In this document: positions 36,301 to 49,336 of the stretch, one piece after another
Layout: every line of letters starts with the position of its first letter
How positions within the stretch are numbered: position 1 is the first letter of the stretch
Origin: Raja brachyura
Taxonomy: Eukaryota
Direction: 5' to 3'
NCBI GenBank assembly: GCA_963514005.1
Contig: OY740809.1
Span: 21,452,001 to 21,516,000, forward strand
Length of the DNA: 64,000 nucleotides
Position numbers and translations under genes: made by a program
The notes under the pieces: model-generated
What the model saw: the letters and a program-made list of their open reading frames with translations, nothing else
What the model was told of the DNA's origin: nothing
Database searches by the model: none

Positions 36301-39300
36301 ACACACCAGCTTTTTGAACTGTTGCCCTCTGGCAAGCGTTACAGGTCAGCCAAAACACGCACCTCCAGACTCAGAGACAGTTTCTTCCCCAAAGCAATCT
36401 TCACACTCAATATGAAAAAACACTGAGTATTATTCATGCTGCGCTTGCATGCTGTTACCCACCCCGCACTTTACTATCACAATGTGCAACACTGATTATT
36501 TATTTATCATGATACCTAGCTGTATAACATTGTTTTTAAATTGTGTCCTGTGTTTTTACGTTTGTATATTATGCACCAATGGAGTGGCAATAATAATTTT
36601 GTTGTATGCAGTGCTTACAACAACAAATAAAGGCAATTTCAATTTCAGTCCAACTCGTCCTGCTTCATCCAAGCTAGTCTCATTTGCCTGCAGTTGTTCC
36701 AGGTACCTCTAAACCTTTCCGATCCACTTATTTTTCCAAGTGTCTTGTAAATGTTGTTAGAATACCTATCTCAACTACCGCCCCTGGAAGCTCATTCCAT
36801 ATACACACCACCCTCAGTGAAAAAGTTGCCCCTCTGGTTGCTATTAAATCTTGCCGCTCTCACTATATATCCATGTCCTCTGATTTTTGATTCCCTTACC
36901 CTGGATGTGTGTCCACCATGTCTATGCGCCTCATGACTTTATACATCTCTATAAGAACCCTCAGAATGGGTAAAAGGAATAGAGTTCTAACCAGCCCAAC
37001 CTCTCCCTACAGCTCAGCTCCTCTAGCCCTGGCAAGATCCTCAATTCTTGTCTGCACTCTTTCCAGCTCAATTACATCCTTCCTATAGCAGGGCGAGTGA
37101 ACACACTACTACAAGTGGGGCTTCACCAATGTCTTGTGGTCTGTAACAATGTCCTAATTTCTATATTCCATATCTTGACTGACGAAGGCGAATGCCTTTT
37201 TTTAAAAAAACCATCCTATCTACCTGTGAGCCTCTTTCAGAGAACTATGTACCTGTACTCCTAGATCCCAAAGGTTTTTAACATTCCCCAGGACCCCATC
37301 ATTCACTGTGAAATGAATCAGACTAATGACTAGTTTGGAAAAGAGGTTGTTATTTCTGGAGTGTTAGAGGAAACCCATAAAATTATGAGTTGCATAATGT
37401 AGAGTCAGAACCTTTTGCCTCCCAAGGTAGAATGACAAAGACTAGACATAGTTTTAAAGGTCAGCAGGGAAGGTTTTAAGGAGATGTGTGCAGGACATTT
37501 TTTTCTCTCTCCCCCCTCCCCCCCACCAATGGAGAAAGTTGAGGATACCTGAAATACACTATCGGGGCATGTGGGGGGGGGGGGTGGAAGCTACCTTACT
37601 CTATCGTCCTGAGGTTGTCAGCAGCCGTCACCTTTCCGTGAAAAGATGAGATCAAGTAATATTTCACAAAAAAACTAGGATGATATAAATGTCAGAGTTG
37701 CTGTGGTTTGTATAACATGCCAGACTGTGTTTTGGGACGTCCTGAAAAATGTGAAGGGCAGATTAAAAAAAAAAATGCAGAGTAGTCAAACTCAATATTT
37801 GGCCTAATCAAGGGCCACAAACCAGATCCCATGAACGTGTTTAACATTGAATCTGATAATGTTAAATACAGAGAAATGCCTGCATAAATGCAACAAAATC
37901 CAAGTAACTTTTCATCATTAGTGTAAACTTTCAGTTAATTACTAAATATTTGTCATCTTCCCTTTTAATGTTATAGATTTCACAAAAAGTTATAAATCGG
38001 TAAAACACGCTTCAGTACATGAAATACTCTCACCAAAAATGGCAAAATAATTCTCTCCATACCTTATTAATGGTTCCAACAAATATTGACTTTAACATAG
38101 CATGGTGAGGTACTGTGAGAGATACACAGTAAACAACTTTAATGCATCATGCTCCTTTTATCATGGATAATGTAACTCAAACCATGCATACTATACAGTG
38201 TGGAACACAATCTATAAGTCAACTCTGAGCTTTCATACTACCAGGTGTACAACAATACAAATAAATCTGATTACAAATGTCTGGCATTGGGCCATATTAT
38301 TATTCTCAATAGTGTTCATTTGCAAGAATCTCAATGATTCTGCTTTCAAACCCCCATATAGAGACTAGATTGTAATAAATGCAACAGATTTTTCAACATT
38401 TCATGAGCTTCCAGAAGCCACTTTGAATTACTGTGGAGAAAAATCAGATCGCATTTTGTACTTTCTTTCTGCTTTGAGTTCCTCACAATGAAACATGTTC
38501 TTAACTTATACTGTAATTGCACTATTTTCCTTAATGACTCTCTTATAATCTCTCCTGCAAACAATCAAATTAGAACTACAGGTTTATTAAAGCCAACCTT
38601 TTCAAGCGCCACCCTGGTCATTCTCTCTTCTCTCCTACCTCATCAAGCCAAAAATACATGTGTCTATAATGGGTGAACCCTTATTCTAAATGTAGAATCA
38701 AGATTGCAATCTTGATTCTACATTCTCCCATTAAAAACATGATCTTGACCTCTCTTTCCATGAAACTCCAACAACTACAAACCCAATTTTCTCATTCTTT
38801 CCTCATAAAACAACACCTTCATCTGGGGGATTAATCTGCCAAACATTTTCTGAACTGTTGCCAATGTAAGCATATCACTCTTTGCACAACTATACATAAT
38901 AGTCCAGGTGAGGTGTCGTCAACACCCTAAATTAAACAGAAATATTTAATATCAGTTGTTGGGAATAATTATTTTAAAATAAAACCACAACGCTGATTGG
39001 TGACACTTCTTTTCATTATCATTAATTGGTGGGCCCAGGGTCACATAAAGCACATTTTAAAGTCTTCCATTAATTTGCTGTCAAACTAGCTAACACCATT
39101 GCAAATATTCGGTCTCACCGTCTCTGTCCAAATATTTACTTCTACTGTAAAAATAACCACTTTGCACTAAAGCACTCATTAAAAACCATTTGAGGAAACC
39201 TTATACTTTATAATGCACTTGCAAAATTAATGCTCTTTATCAATGAGAACATGAAAGTTGTTGACAAAGAGAGACTTTAAATTAACTGCATCAGTAAGCA

Positions 39301-42300
39301 ATTTATAGACAATTATGACTGCAGCGCATAATTAGCAGCTATTTTTAATCTTGTGTAGCACCTCAATTAGTCTCTGGTGGAAACCTTCGCGAGGACAAAC
39401 AACCAAACATCTCAGCATTACTGCACCTTGGGATTTCCATAACACAAAAAAACTCTGCAAAATACTTCAATTACCAGATTCCCTATGAAGTATAAATTGA
39501 AGATAGACACAAACAGCTGGAGTAACTCAGCAGGACAGGCAACATCTCTGGAGAGAAGGATTCCCCACTTCTGCCGTTGATTTCTCATGCCAAATAAATG
39601 AAACATTTCAGAAAAAAATGAAAAAGTAATAAATGCAATTCAGGAGCTTCATAGCTCCAGCAATCAGACTTTTATCCACCCACCCCCCTCTCCCAAATGT
39701 GAGAATCATACATTCGACCAACAACCAAATAATTCATTTCCCTGTGCATCCATATCCCAATTGATGAATTAATTGGGTACTTGCCCATAGTATTAGAGGT
39801 AGAATTTGGGGGGGGGGGGGGGGGGGGGGGGGGAGAACACGTGGAGCATAAAATGGGATGTGTATAAATGGCTGCCTGATATAAACTCAGCGGGCCAAAG
39901 GGCCCATTTCTGTGCTGTATAAATCCTTACTTACACAAGCAAATGCTTAATCATTGAAGTGCTGGGTTAAGTAGTGCTTCAGAATGTCACCTATCCATGT
40001 TCTCCAGAGATGTTGTCCAAACCAGCACCTGCAGTTCAGTTACTCATTTTTTCAATAGTCACTTTGTTGCCTTTATGAAGTTGATGGCATATGATATATT
40101 CTGGTTCTGCATCCACAGACAGATTTTTGGTCCCTCAGTTAAATGCTGATTCATCTGTGATCCTAGATATCCATTTAACTCTGTTCAGCATTACTGCTTA
40201 ATACACTCAACATCCTGGCCTAAGGTACAATCTGTTAATTACTTAGATGACATAGAAGGATGCAACTCAGCACAATGGGTCCATGACAGCTCCCAAAGCA
40301 ATCGCAACGGTCCCATTCTCTTGCCTCGTTTCCCTCGTGCTCTGCAATTTGCTCCCTCTCTGAATCATCAGCTTCCCTGTAATTGTTGCCACTTTGCTAG
40401 ACGTTAGGTAAAACAATGAACCTACCAGCAAGTCTTTGGTAAGTTGGAACACCAGATCAAAACCCACAGTAACAGGAAGAAAATGCAAACTCCATCAGGA
40501 CTGAATAGAGGCAACTCTCTCCAAAAAGTTAATTATAGAAATATTATAATTTTGGCAATGATTCCCAAATTCAGCACAGCACAAGAATCAAATTGACCCA
40601 TCATGGTATGTGACTAATTGTATGCTGAATGGCCTGTGGGCAGGCAGGTTAGAAATTTAGATGTGCAATTTTGATTAGGGCTACACATTTGAAAAGCTCC
40701 CTTTACTGAAGAGAAATACAATTTCAACTATATTATGGGCTCCAATTGGTAGACGCCCAAAATTAAAGTCAGTTCATGTTGTGCATCTGTTGGAATTTAG
40801 TACCAGGCACTAAATTCCACCAAATGACATCAGGGTTGTCTTGGAAACACATGGCAGAAGCCACGGTCCTGTCCCGAAAAACATATTGGGATCCAGGTTA
40901 TCATGCAGAATTACAAGATATGCAAAATGTACATGCACCAGTCATATACTCAGTTTGTATATTTCTACATAAATATTTGAGACACAATTATTTAGCCAGG
41001 TGGTGAATGCAGTCTCCATTCACTGGGATGTCAGGACTTTCATATGAGGAAAGACTGGATAGACTTGGCTTGTACTCGCTAGAATTTAGAAGACTGAGGG
41101 GTGATATTATAGAAACTTACAAAATTCTTAAGGGATTGGATAGGCTAGATGCAGGAAGATTGTTCCCGATGTTGGGGAGGTCCAGAACAAGGGGTCACAG
41201 TCTAAGGTTAAGGGGGAATTCCTTTAGGACCGAGATGAGGAAAACATTTTTCACACAGAGAGTGGTGAGTCTCTGGAATTATCTGCCACAGAAGGTAGTT
41301 GAGGCCAGTTCATTGGCTATATTTAAGAGGGAGTTAGATGTGGCCCTTGTGGCTAAAGGGATCAGGGGGTATGGAGAGACGGCAGGTACAGGATACTGAG
41401 TTGGATGATCAGCCATGATCATATTGAATGGCGGTGCAGGCTCGAAGGGCCGAATGGTCTACTCCTGCACCTATTTTCTATGTTTTAAGATTATGATTGG
41501 ATACAGTGGTGATAGCTTTTCCAGATTTACAGATGATGCAAAACTGGGAGATGACGTGAAGTGCAAGGATAAAAATAATCCAACAAAACAGGCTGTTGGA
41601 AACTGGTAGCAGATGCGAGTTTAATGCTGCGAAATGTGGTGTTACATTTTCGTAGGAAGAGCAAGGATAAGCAATATAAACGAGGTGACACAATTTAAAA
41701 AGGGGTATAAGATCAAAGTAATGCATATAGTTCACTAAAATTGGAGGGCACATTGAAAACGCAGATTGAGAACACAGTGAAATGCGCATATAGAAGCTTG
41801 GGCCATAAGCAGAAGCAGAGTGCAAATGTAAGTCATGATAAAACTCTGAGAGACCACCCCTTAGGAAAGATGTAAAGGCTTTGGAGTGGCACAGAACAGA
41901 TTTATCAAAATGGGTTTGCTGTCCTTGAAACGGATGAGATTGTGAGAGTATTGATGAGAGATTTGAAAATACCAATAAATAGAGAAAAGCTATTCCTGTT
42001 GGCGTAATTGTTAAGAGCCAGAGGACGTAGGATGAAGAAATTGGCAGAAGACTCATGTTTGGAAAAATACAGTAGGTGATTAGGGTCCAAAATCGTCTGT
42101 TTAGGAAGTAGTGGAGGCAGATTCAATTGTGGTATTTAAAAGTGAGCTGTACAAGGATCAAGGAGGACACAATTTGAAGGAGTTTGAATTTGAAGGTACC
42201 GCAAGGCTCGGTGCTGGGACCACAGCTATTTACAATATACATTAAAGATTTAGATGACGGGATTAAAAGTAACATTAGCAAATTTGCAGATAACACAAAG

Positions 42301-45300
42301 CTGGGTGGAAGTGTGAACTGTGAGGAAGATGCTATGAGGATGCAGGGCGACTTGGACAGGTTGGGTGTGGGCAGATGCATGGCAGATAGTGTTTAATGTG
42401 GATAAATGTGAGGTTATCCACTTTGGTGGCAAAAACAGGAAGGCCGATTATTATCTGAATGGTGTCGTCGGGAAAAGGGGAGTACAACGAGATCTGGGCG
42501 ACTTGTTCATCAGTCACTGAAAGTAAGCATGCAGGTACAGCAGGCAGTGAAGAAAGCAAATGGCATGTTGGCCTTCATAACAAGCGGAGTTGAGTATCGG
42601 AGCAAAGAGGTTCTGCAGTTGTACAGGGCCCTAGTGAGACCACACCTGGAGTATTGTGTGCAGTTTTGGTCTCCAAATTTGCGGAAGGACATTCTTGCTA
42701 TTGAGGGAGTGCAGTGTAGGTTCACGAGGTTAAATCCCGGGATGGTGGGACTGTTCACTGGATGCTTTCAAGAGAGAGTTAGACAGAGCTCTTATGAATA
42801 GCGGAGTTAAGGGATATGGAGAGAAGGCAGGAACGAGGTACTGATTGTGGATGATCAGCCATGATCACATTGAATGGCGGTGCCAGCTCGAAGGGCCGAA
42901 TGGCCTACTCTTGCAACCATTGTCTATTGACTAAAAGGAGAGGGCAGGAGAACTAAGATTAGTTGAATTAATCACATAAAACTGGTACGGATACAGAATT
43001 TACAGAGCATTTGAAGGCAGAGGAAAATTACTATATTCTTACATTAAGTTTATACAGACTTGATGGGCTAGAGATGCAACTATGTGATTCTGAGCCTATC
43101 CAGTGATGGAGTCAGTTCAGAATCTGAATATAAAAAGATGACATATTTTGGATACCCTGCGGTAGCCAACAAAATACATTAAATGTATTTCATATGTTTG
43201 GCTATGTTCCAAACATCAGTCAATTTTAAAACACAAATTCTCATAAACAGTAATAAGAACAACCATAAAAAAAATAATTTTCACAGCCTGACAAGTACTC
43301 GCCAGGCCACTAATAAAACTCCTCTGCTCTTCTTCAAAATGGTGAGGTGGAACCTATTATGTCCACTTGGGGATAAAAAGTCCCACCTGAATGTCTGTAC
43401 ATGAGGCAATACGGCACTGCTTCAGTGCAACACTGGGATCAAGGAAAGAGCGTTCACATTGCGGCCCTGTTTCAACCAATCTTTCCACCACCACGCACAA
43501 GCGGCGCAAGACTGACACCATTGTATGCAGATGCTGAGAAGTGTGTTCAGCTCTGGCTGAACAACTTCCAATCTTGTGTGTGGACTCGATAAGAAGAAGT
43601 GCAACACTCAAGTAACACAAACTTGGACCAGAGCCAAAACCTTCCAGCTCAGGCAAGACGTTCATCATTGAACAATAGCCGACTTACTAATGGCCTGCTG
43701 ATTGCAGGGAGAAATCCGTGCAGTGCAGGTAAGCAAAGTTTGACTACCTATCAGACACATATAGTATCGTCGCATCACTTTCAAAACAAATTCAAATGTG
43801 ATGGTAGTAAAAACAATTAACATATAATTACTGTAACTTGACAATTATTACAGAAAGCAACCTACCTCTGGAGGTTGCTGACATTGGGAAGCTGTTACCA
43901 GAAATCCTCTCTGGAACTTTAGAGCTTCATTCACCATGTTAGCCTAATTGGAGGAGAAAAAGTGTTGAATACATAGCAAAATCTTTTCACCCACACAAAC
44001 CTGAGTTTAGGTTCAAACTGAACTGTTATGATTCATTATTTTCACAATTAAAATTTGCCTTCTCAATGCAAATGCAAACATTCAATATTCATTAATATTA
44101 ATTACGAGATTCTGCCAATTGCCAGACCAACTCAAAGCCAGCTCAGAGTAATCATATAACCCACTAATGTTACCGTGACCAACACACTTTATATTCCCAT
44201 CCATGACCCCAGATTCTACATCTATATATCCACCAGGGGTTATGTTTTATGTGCAGTCAAATAACCTACCAATGTGCACACCTTTGGAATAGCAAGGAAA
44301 CAAGAATATCTTGAGGAAACCCATGCAGACAGAGAGAACATGCCAACCCGCGCAGACGGCACTGGAAGTCAGAATCAAACTCAGATTATAAGAAACAAAA
44401 ATGTTAGAGTCCTACATGGCTATCATGTGGACACTGGATCAGTTACAATGTCAAGGAAAGGTACCGGTAAGCCAAATGAAAACTCAACACTGAATAGAAA
44501 AATCTCTTACACTCTTGGACAGTTAAAAAGCCCATCTACAAAAATCAGAAACACATAGACCAAGGACCTGCCGTCTCCCTGAACAACTGACAACACTGAG
44601 CCAAAAAAAGTAAAACACACAGGAACCTGTATATTAGCCCAGGTAACACATTTTGTTGTTACATACACTTAATCTTCATTACCAATAAACGGTAGGGTCG
44701 TGGACTTTGCACAGATAACAGAAAATGTTAATATCAAACACCTTTCTCTGGTTCCTAATACATGGCTTCCCAAAATAAACATAAATATGCCCTATTATGT
44801 TCTATCAGCATTAAAACCTCAGCAAACACATCGTTGTGATCAAATACTTAAAGAAAATCATGTTAGTTAACAAAATACTTCCATTGTATATACTGATACT
44901 TACAAGCAATGATTGGGGAAGTTTGAAATGACTGGATGCAGCTACAAAAGGAAAGATAACTCTCCACCAGAACAGTGTTTAACAGGGTGCCATTTGACAC
45001 TAATACTATGGAAAGACACCGATTTATTTCATTAATCATGGTAGTTTACCCCCCAAGATGGTAGTTTACACCCCAGTGGTATGAACATTGACTTCTCTAA
45101 TTTCAGGTAGTCCTTGCTTTCTCCCTCCTTCCCCTCCCCAGCTCTCCCACAGCCTACTGTCTTCGCCTCTTCCTTTCTTCTTCCCGCCCCCCCACCCCCA
45201 CCCCCACATCAGTCTGAAGAAGGGTCTCGAACCGAAACATCACTTATTCCTTCGCTCCATAGATGCTGCCTCACCCGCTGAGATTCCCCAGCATTTTTGT

Positions 45301-48300
45301 CTACCTTTGATTTTTCCAGCATCTGCAGTTTTCTTAAAGATTTCCTTAACATGTACATTTATGTAGATATATTTGAAAATTCCAAAATAAGGCCATGGGC
45401 ACAGGTACATTGATCTGTGGATAGCAAATCGACAGATAACGAAAATCAAGTGTACAGTGCAGCAATACTGCAATTGTTTGCGATTCACTTGTTAATTAGC
45501 ATCAATTTTTCCAGTGGATAGTGTTGATGACATACCAATTGCTTAATATGGAGATAAAATTGTACATTGTGATAAGCGGGGTTGGGGAAATTTGGTAACA
45601 AAGACATTCTTTCCACATTGTTTTTATGACAGTACCAATTTTAAGACTATAGGCTCCAATAAATATATTATATCACAGCAAATCAAATCATAGATTTAAA
45701 TATTGTCCACAATACTCAATTACAGTGGTATTGCAGGCATTTTATTGCAAGTATGTTTTACTTCACCACACCATGGATTACATGCAAAGTATTAGCTACG
45801 TTTTAATTGTAAGCAAGTGGCATTGGTTTATCATCTCCCTAACATCAAGCAATTCAATAAATTATTTTTCTGGATTTCAATTGACTTAAGAATTGAACTG
45901 CAGACTTCCTGATGAATTGGCTTATTTATAACAACAGGGTCAAAGCAGAAGGTTTAAAATCAATGTTTTAAATAAAGCTAATCATGGTGACTCCGCCACA
46001 CTTTTCACCCTTCCTTATTTTATATAATAACACAAGACACAAAATCAATCAATATGAAAATAGATGCTATGGGTGAGCTTCTTCCTTGTCATTATCATGA
46101 ATATTGTGACATAGCTACCTATAATGTAAAGACAAAGCACTCACGTGTGTTGCAACATCGCCACCAATTTCTATGCTTAGTTTATAATATGTTGCCACTG
46201 GCCCAGCAAGGAGCTCATCAAATGCTTCAACATAGGGAGCAACCTCTGTAAAGAAATAAAAACATTGTTAGAGGTGGCGAAAGCAGCATTGTAGTAGGTA
46301 GACAAGTAATAATGCACAAAAGTAGACTTTACAAAATGGAGGTAGTTACATAATATGTTAGAGAACAGAGAACAAGTAGGTTGTGGTTTTGGTCACATTT
46401 CATTTCCGTGGGCTTATATACATAACTGACAAGCTAGGCCTCCATTATTAGATGCGAGGCAGTTTGAGTACAAGATCATAGAATATAGGATTATGGTTCT
46501 TGTTCAGGACAACAAAATGTCTGGTTTACATTAGGGCAAGACCCAAGTACTGTTCAACAGTCCATAAGATGGTAGGAGCTTTTCTTGTAAAACGCCTGGA
46601 TGGGTGTGCATATAATATAGGTTGATATTACTGGTTTATAATAAACCACAAAGAGCTAGAAATAATGGATGTTCCCCTTTGTTCCATGCAGTTGGTTGCC
46701 ACAGATTTGTTTCGACTGACTAAGTATATAGTCGTACAGCGTGGAAACAGACCCTTCGGCTCAACTTACCCACGCTGACCAACATGTTGCATCTACACTA
46801 GTCCCACCTGCCTGCGTTTATCCCATATCTCTCTAAACCCATCCTATGTATCTGTCTAATTGTTTCTTAAATATATAAACCTTGTGGCCGTCATTCTTAT
46901 GTCCAGGATACCTCACATGCCCTTCGTCTTTTTAATGACTTCCGCTTTCCGAAACCTCACCCCCTCATCTTTACTATGGACATTCAGTCACTCTACAACC
47001 CCATCCCCCACCAGGAAGACCTTAAAGCCCTGTTATTTCCTTGACCGCAGACCAATCCAATTTCCCTCCACTAACACTTTACTCCGCCTAGCAGAGCTGG
47101 TCCTCACCCGCAACAACCTCCTTTGACTCCTCCCACTTCCTCCAAGCTCAATGCGTAATTATGGGCACCCGCATGGGCCCCAACTATGCCTGCCTCTTTG
47201 TAGGATATGTTAAACAATCCCAATTCCAGGCGTACACGGGCCCTATCCACGAACTCTATCATCATTACATTGACAACGACATCTGTGCTACCTCCTGCAC
47301 CCATACAGAACTCATGGACTTCAACCTCACCACCAATTTCCATCCTGCACTCAAATTTACTTGGACCATCTCCGACACCCCCCCCCGATCCCGCTATCTC
47401 CATTACAGGAAATAGACTATCGACAGACATGTATTACAAACCCACTGACTCCCACAACTATACTTCTTCCCACCCTGCTTCTTGCAAAGACTATCCACTG
47501 CTCCCAATTCCTCCATCTACACTGCATCTGCGTCCAAGATGAGGTGTTCCATACCTGGATACACGGGATGCCCTAATTCTTTAGGGAACAATGGGCCCCC
47601 TCTCCCATTATAGATGAGGCCCTCACTCATGTCTCCTCGGTACCCCGCAGCTCTGCCCTTGCTCCCCCTCCCCTTAGTCGCAATAGAGACAGTCCCACTA
47701 GTCCTTGCCTTACACCCAATCAGCCGTTGCATACAACACATAATCCTCCAACATTTCTGCCACCTCCAACAGGACCCCAACACTAGTCATATCTTCCCAT
47801 CTCCACCTCTTTCCGTCTTCCTGAGAGATCATTCCCTCCGTACTTCCTTGTTAACTCATCCCTTCCCAGGTACCTTCCCTGCAACCGCAGAATATACAAC
47901 ACCCGTCCCTATACCTCCTCTCTCGACTCTGTCCCAAGGACCCCGACAGTCCATCCAGGTTAGGCAGATGTTCACTTGCACCTCCTCCAACCTCTTCTAC
48001 TATTTCTGTTGTTCAAGATGTGGACTCATACATCAGTGAAACCAAACGTAGACTGAGCGATCATTTCGTTGAACACATTTGCTCAGTCTGCCTGAACCTA
48101 CCTGATCTCCCGGTTGCTAAACACTTTAATTCTCCCTCCCATTCCCACATTGACCTTTCTGTCCATGGTCTTCTCCATTGCCAGAGTGAGAATAAATGCA
48201 AATTGGAAGAACAATGGCCTGTATTCTTTGTCATCATTACTTTTGTGCATATCTTTCATTCATTGTTCTTTATCTCTCTGCATAATCGTCTATATATCTT

Positions 48301-49336
48301 ATTTCCCTTTCCCATGTCTTTCAGTCATAAGAAGGGCTCGACCCTTGAAGGAACGCCACTCATTCCCTCTCTCCAGAGATGCTGCCTGTCCTGGTGTTAC
48401 TTGAGCTTTGTGTGTCATTTTTCAGTCATTCCTTTCAATGAACAATCACAGATCTAGACTTAGTTTCTTTGTTTATATCTTTCAGATCACACATTCAGAT
48501 AGATAAAAATACTTATTAATCTACAAGGATTATTTCATACAAGGAATCATGTGGTTTCCACATGAGCAAACTTTCAATTCGATCATTTTCAATGTGGAAG
48601 GACAAATAGGTAGAGCAATAAAATGTTGAACCTGCTTACAATTCAAGAGAGTTTATTGTCATGTGTCTCAGATAGGACAATGAAATTCTTGTTTTGCTTC
48701 AGCACAACAGAATATAGTTGGCATGAATTGGTGCAAATTAGAGTTGAATTCACGCTGGAATCAAGTTAGAGGAAACCTGATATAGGAGATGTAGACTGTT
48801 ATAGCATACACTTTACAGAGTAGAACTATTCAGAACAGATCAAAATAATGACCCATTCAGTCAGATTTTTCCATCTTAGCATGCTACTTATCACGATGGA
48901 AAGAACTGGTCACCTCAAAAATTCTCATCTTTTATTTTAACTGTTGATTTCCTATCCTGCTTCTCCGTACGGCATGGCGTCAATTGATGGCATGACATCA
49001 CTGGCAAAACCAAAACTGAACAGTAACCATTGCAGTCAATCCATAAGAGATCTGTATTAATAGAACGGCATCCATGCAACTACACTCCAGTTAGCCATAG
49101 AATGATCCAGCCACTAGTCAGATCATGCACCAAACTCAAAGCATAACATAAACATACATATTAACACTGACAATTAATTTGCATGGCAGAATAAAGTGCA
49201 GGCTAGAACTTCATCCTTTAACTTTAAGCAATTGTTTTTCATTACCATCCGAAGAACCAACTTCATTTCCACCAGATGGTTGTAATGTCTCCAACCGCAA
49301 TACGGCTTTCTCCAGTCTCTGTACAAGAGTTTCCAT
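21241..49336 (-). CDS. CAP1: Adenylyl cyclase-associated protein 1, complete spliced CDS (12 coding exons, 1374 nt, 457 aa)
   Basis: complement(join(49246-49336,46145-46245,43866-43943,35706-35849,34068-34153,32270-32375,29850-30012,27350-27522,26116-26239,24783-24865,23534-23674,21241-21324)). Contains RLE repeats, HFD, polyproline, WH2 ([12 protein letters not shown]) and CARP domains. Assigned to CAP1 rather than CAP2 from the C-terminus ([13 protein letters not shown]), the GPKPF motif and adjacency to PPT1 as in human. Confidence 0.95.
21855..22140 (-). mobile_element. tRNA-derived V-SINE (HE1-like)
   Basis: Reverse complement of head (gggcagcacattggcgcagtggtag), B-box, V-domain and tail. 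Confidence 0.8.
23534..23674 (-). CDS. CAP1: CAP1 exon 12
   Basis: [47 protein letters not shown]. Confidence 0.96.
24783..24865 (-). CDS. CAP1: CAP1 exon 11
   Basis: [28 protein letters not shown]. Confidence 0.96.
25271..25547 (+). mobile_element. tRNA-derived V-SINE (HE1-like), near full length
   Basis: gggcggcacggtggtgtagtggtaga A-box; ggttcgatcc B-box; V-domain gttctccccgtgacctgcgtgggttttctcc; LINE-derived tail ctctaaactaaa. Confidence 0.85.
26116..26239 (-). CDS. CAP1: CAP1 exon 10 (CARP)
   Basis: [41 protein letters not shown]. Confidence 0.96.
27350..27522 (-). CDS. CAP1: CAP1 exon 9
   Basis: [57 protein letters not shown]. Confidence 0.96.
28617..28910 (+). mobile_element. tRNA-derived V-SINE (HE1-like)
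   Basis: agttcgatcg B-box; gtttgcacgttctccctgtgacc V-domain; ttctaaact tail. Confidence 0.8.
29850..30012 (-). CDS. CAP1: CAP1 exon 8 (polyproline P1, start of WH2)
   Basis: [54 protein letters not shown]. Confidence 0.95.
32270..32375 (-). CDS. CAP1: CAP1 exon 7
   Basis: [35 protein letters not shown]. Confidence 0.96.
34068..34153 (-). CDS. CAP1: CAP1 exon 6
   Basis: [28 protein letters not shown]. Confidence 0.96.
35706..35849 (-). CDS. CAP1: CAP1 exon 5
   Basis: [48 protein letters not shown]. Confidence 0.96.
36139..36646 (+). mobile_element. Rex1/Babar-type LINE 3' fragment
   Basis: [26 protein letters not shown]...[30 protein letters not shown]; aataaa followed by an (aatttc)n tail. 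Confidence 0.8.
38689..38724. repeat. Perfect 36-bp palindrome
   Basis: aatgtagaatcaagattg|caatcttgattctacatt. Confidence 0.95.
39808..39833 (+). repeat. G26 homopolymer
   Basis: 26 consecutive G. Confidence 0.9.
41020..41485 (+). mobile_element. CR1-like LINE 3' fragment
   Basis: ORF 41007-41399 [24 protein letters not shown]...[10 protein letters not shown]. Confidence 0.87.
41490..42930 (+). mobile_element. CR1-like LINE fragments: an old copy (41490-42190) followed by a younger RT-containing copy (42195-42930) with an internal deletion near 42753
   Basis: [33 protein letters not shown] motifs; [15 protein letters not shown]. Confidence 0.85.
43866..43943 (-). CDS. CAP1: CAP1 exon 4
   Basis: [26 protein letters not shown]; |GTAGG donor. 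Confidence 0.95.
45040..45335 (+). mobile_element. Penelope 3' end/pseudo-LTR with hammerhead motif (45214-45241)
   Basis: [19 protein letters not shown] end followed by CTGAAGAAGGGTCTCGAACCGAAACATC. Confidence 0.8.
46145..46245 (-). CDS. CAP1: CAP1 exon 3
   Basis: [34 protein letters not shown]; |GTGAGT donor. Confidence 0.95.
46870..48420 (+). mobile_element. Penelope-like retroelement fragment (RT + GIY-YIG endonuclease + pseudo-LTR), frameshifted
   Basis: [17 protein letters not shown]...YIDND (RT motifs); [38 protein letters not shown] (GIY-YIG); degenerate pLTR at 48320-48420. Confidence 0.88.
49246..49336 (-). CDS. CAP1: CAP1 first coding exon (exon 2; acceptor at 49354)
   Basis: [30 protein letters not shown]; ctctag| acceptor, G|GTAATG donor. 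Confidence 0.92.

Noticed and set aside
41007-41399. 130-aa ORF and similar ORFs (7822, 9726, 9940, 42184, 42529, 53726) as host genes
   Set aside because: They are C-terminal fragments of CR1 ORF2, 5'-truncated and multi-copy.
41478-42056. Longest ORF in the track (192 aa, - strand)
   Set aside because: It is antisense to a decayed CR1 copy and shows no protein-like motif or splice support.
47161-48457. RT plus nuclease ORFs as a novel retron-like or defence system
   Set aside because: The motifs are those of a frameshifted Penelope-like retroelement (RT + GIY-YIG), a known class.
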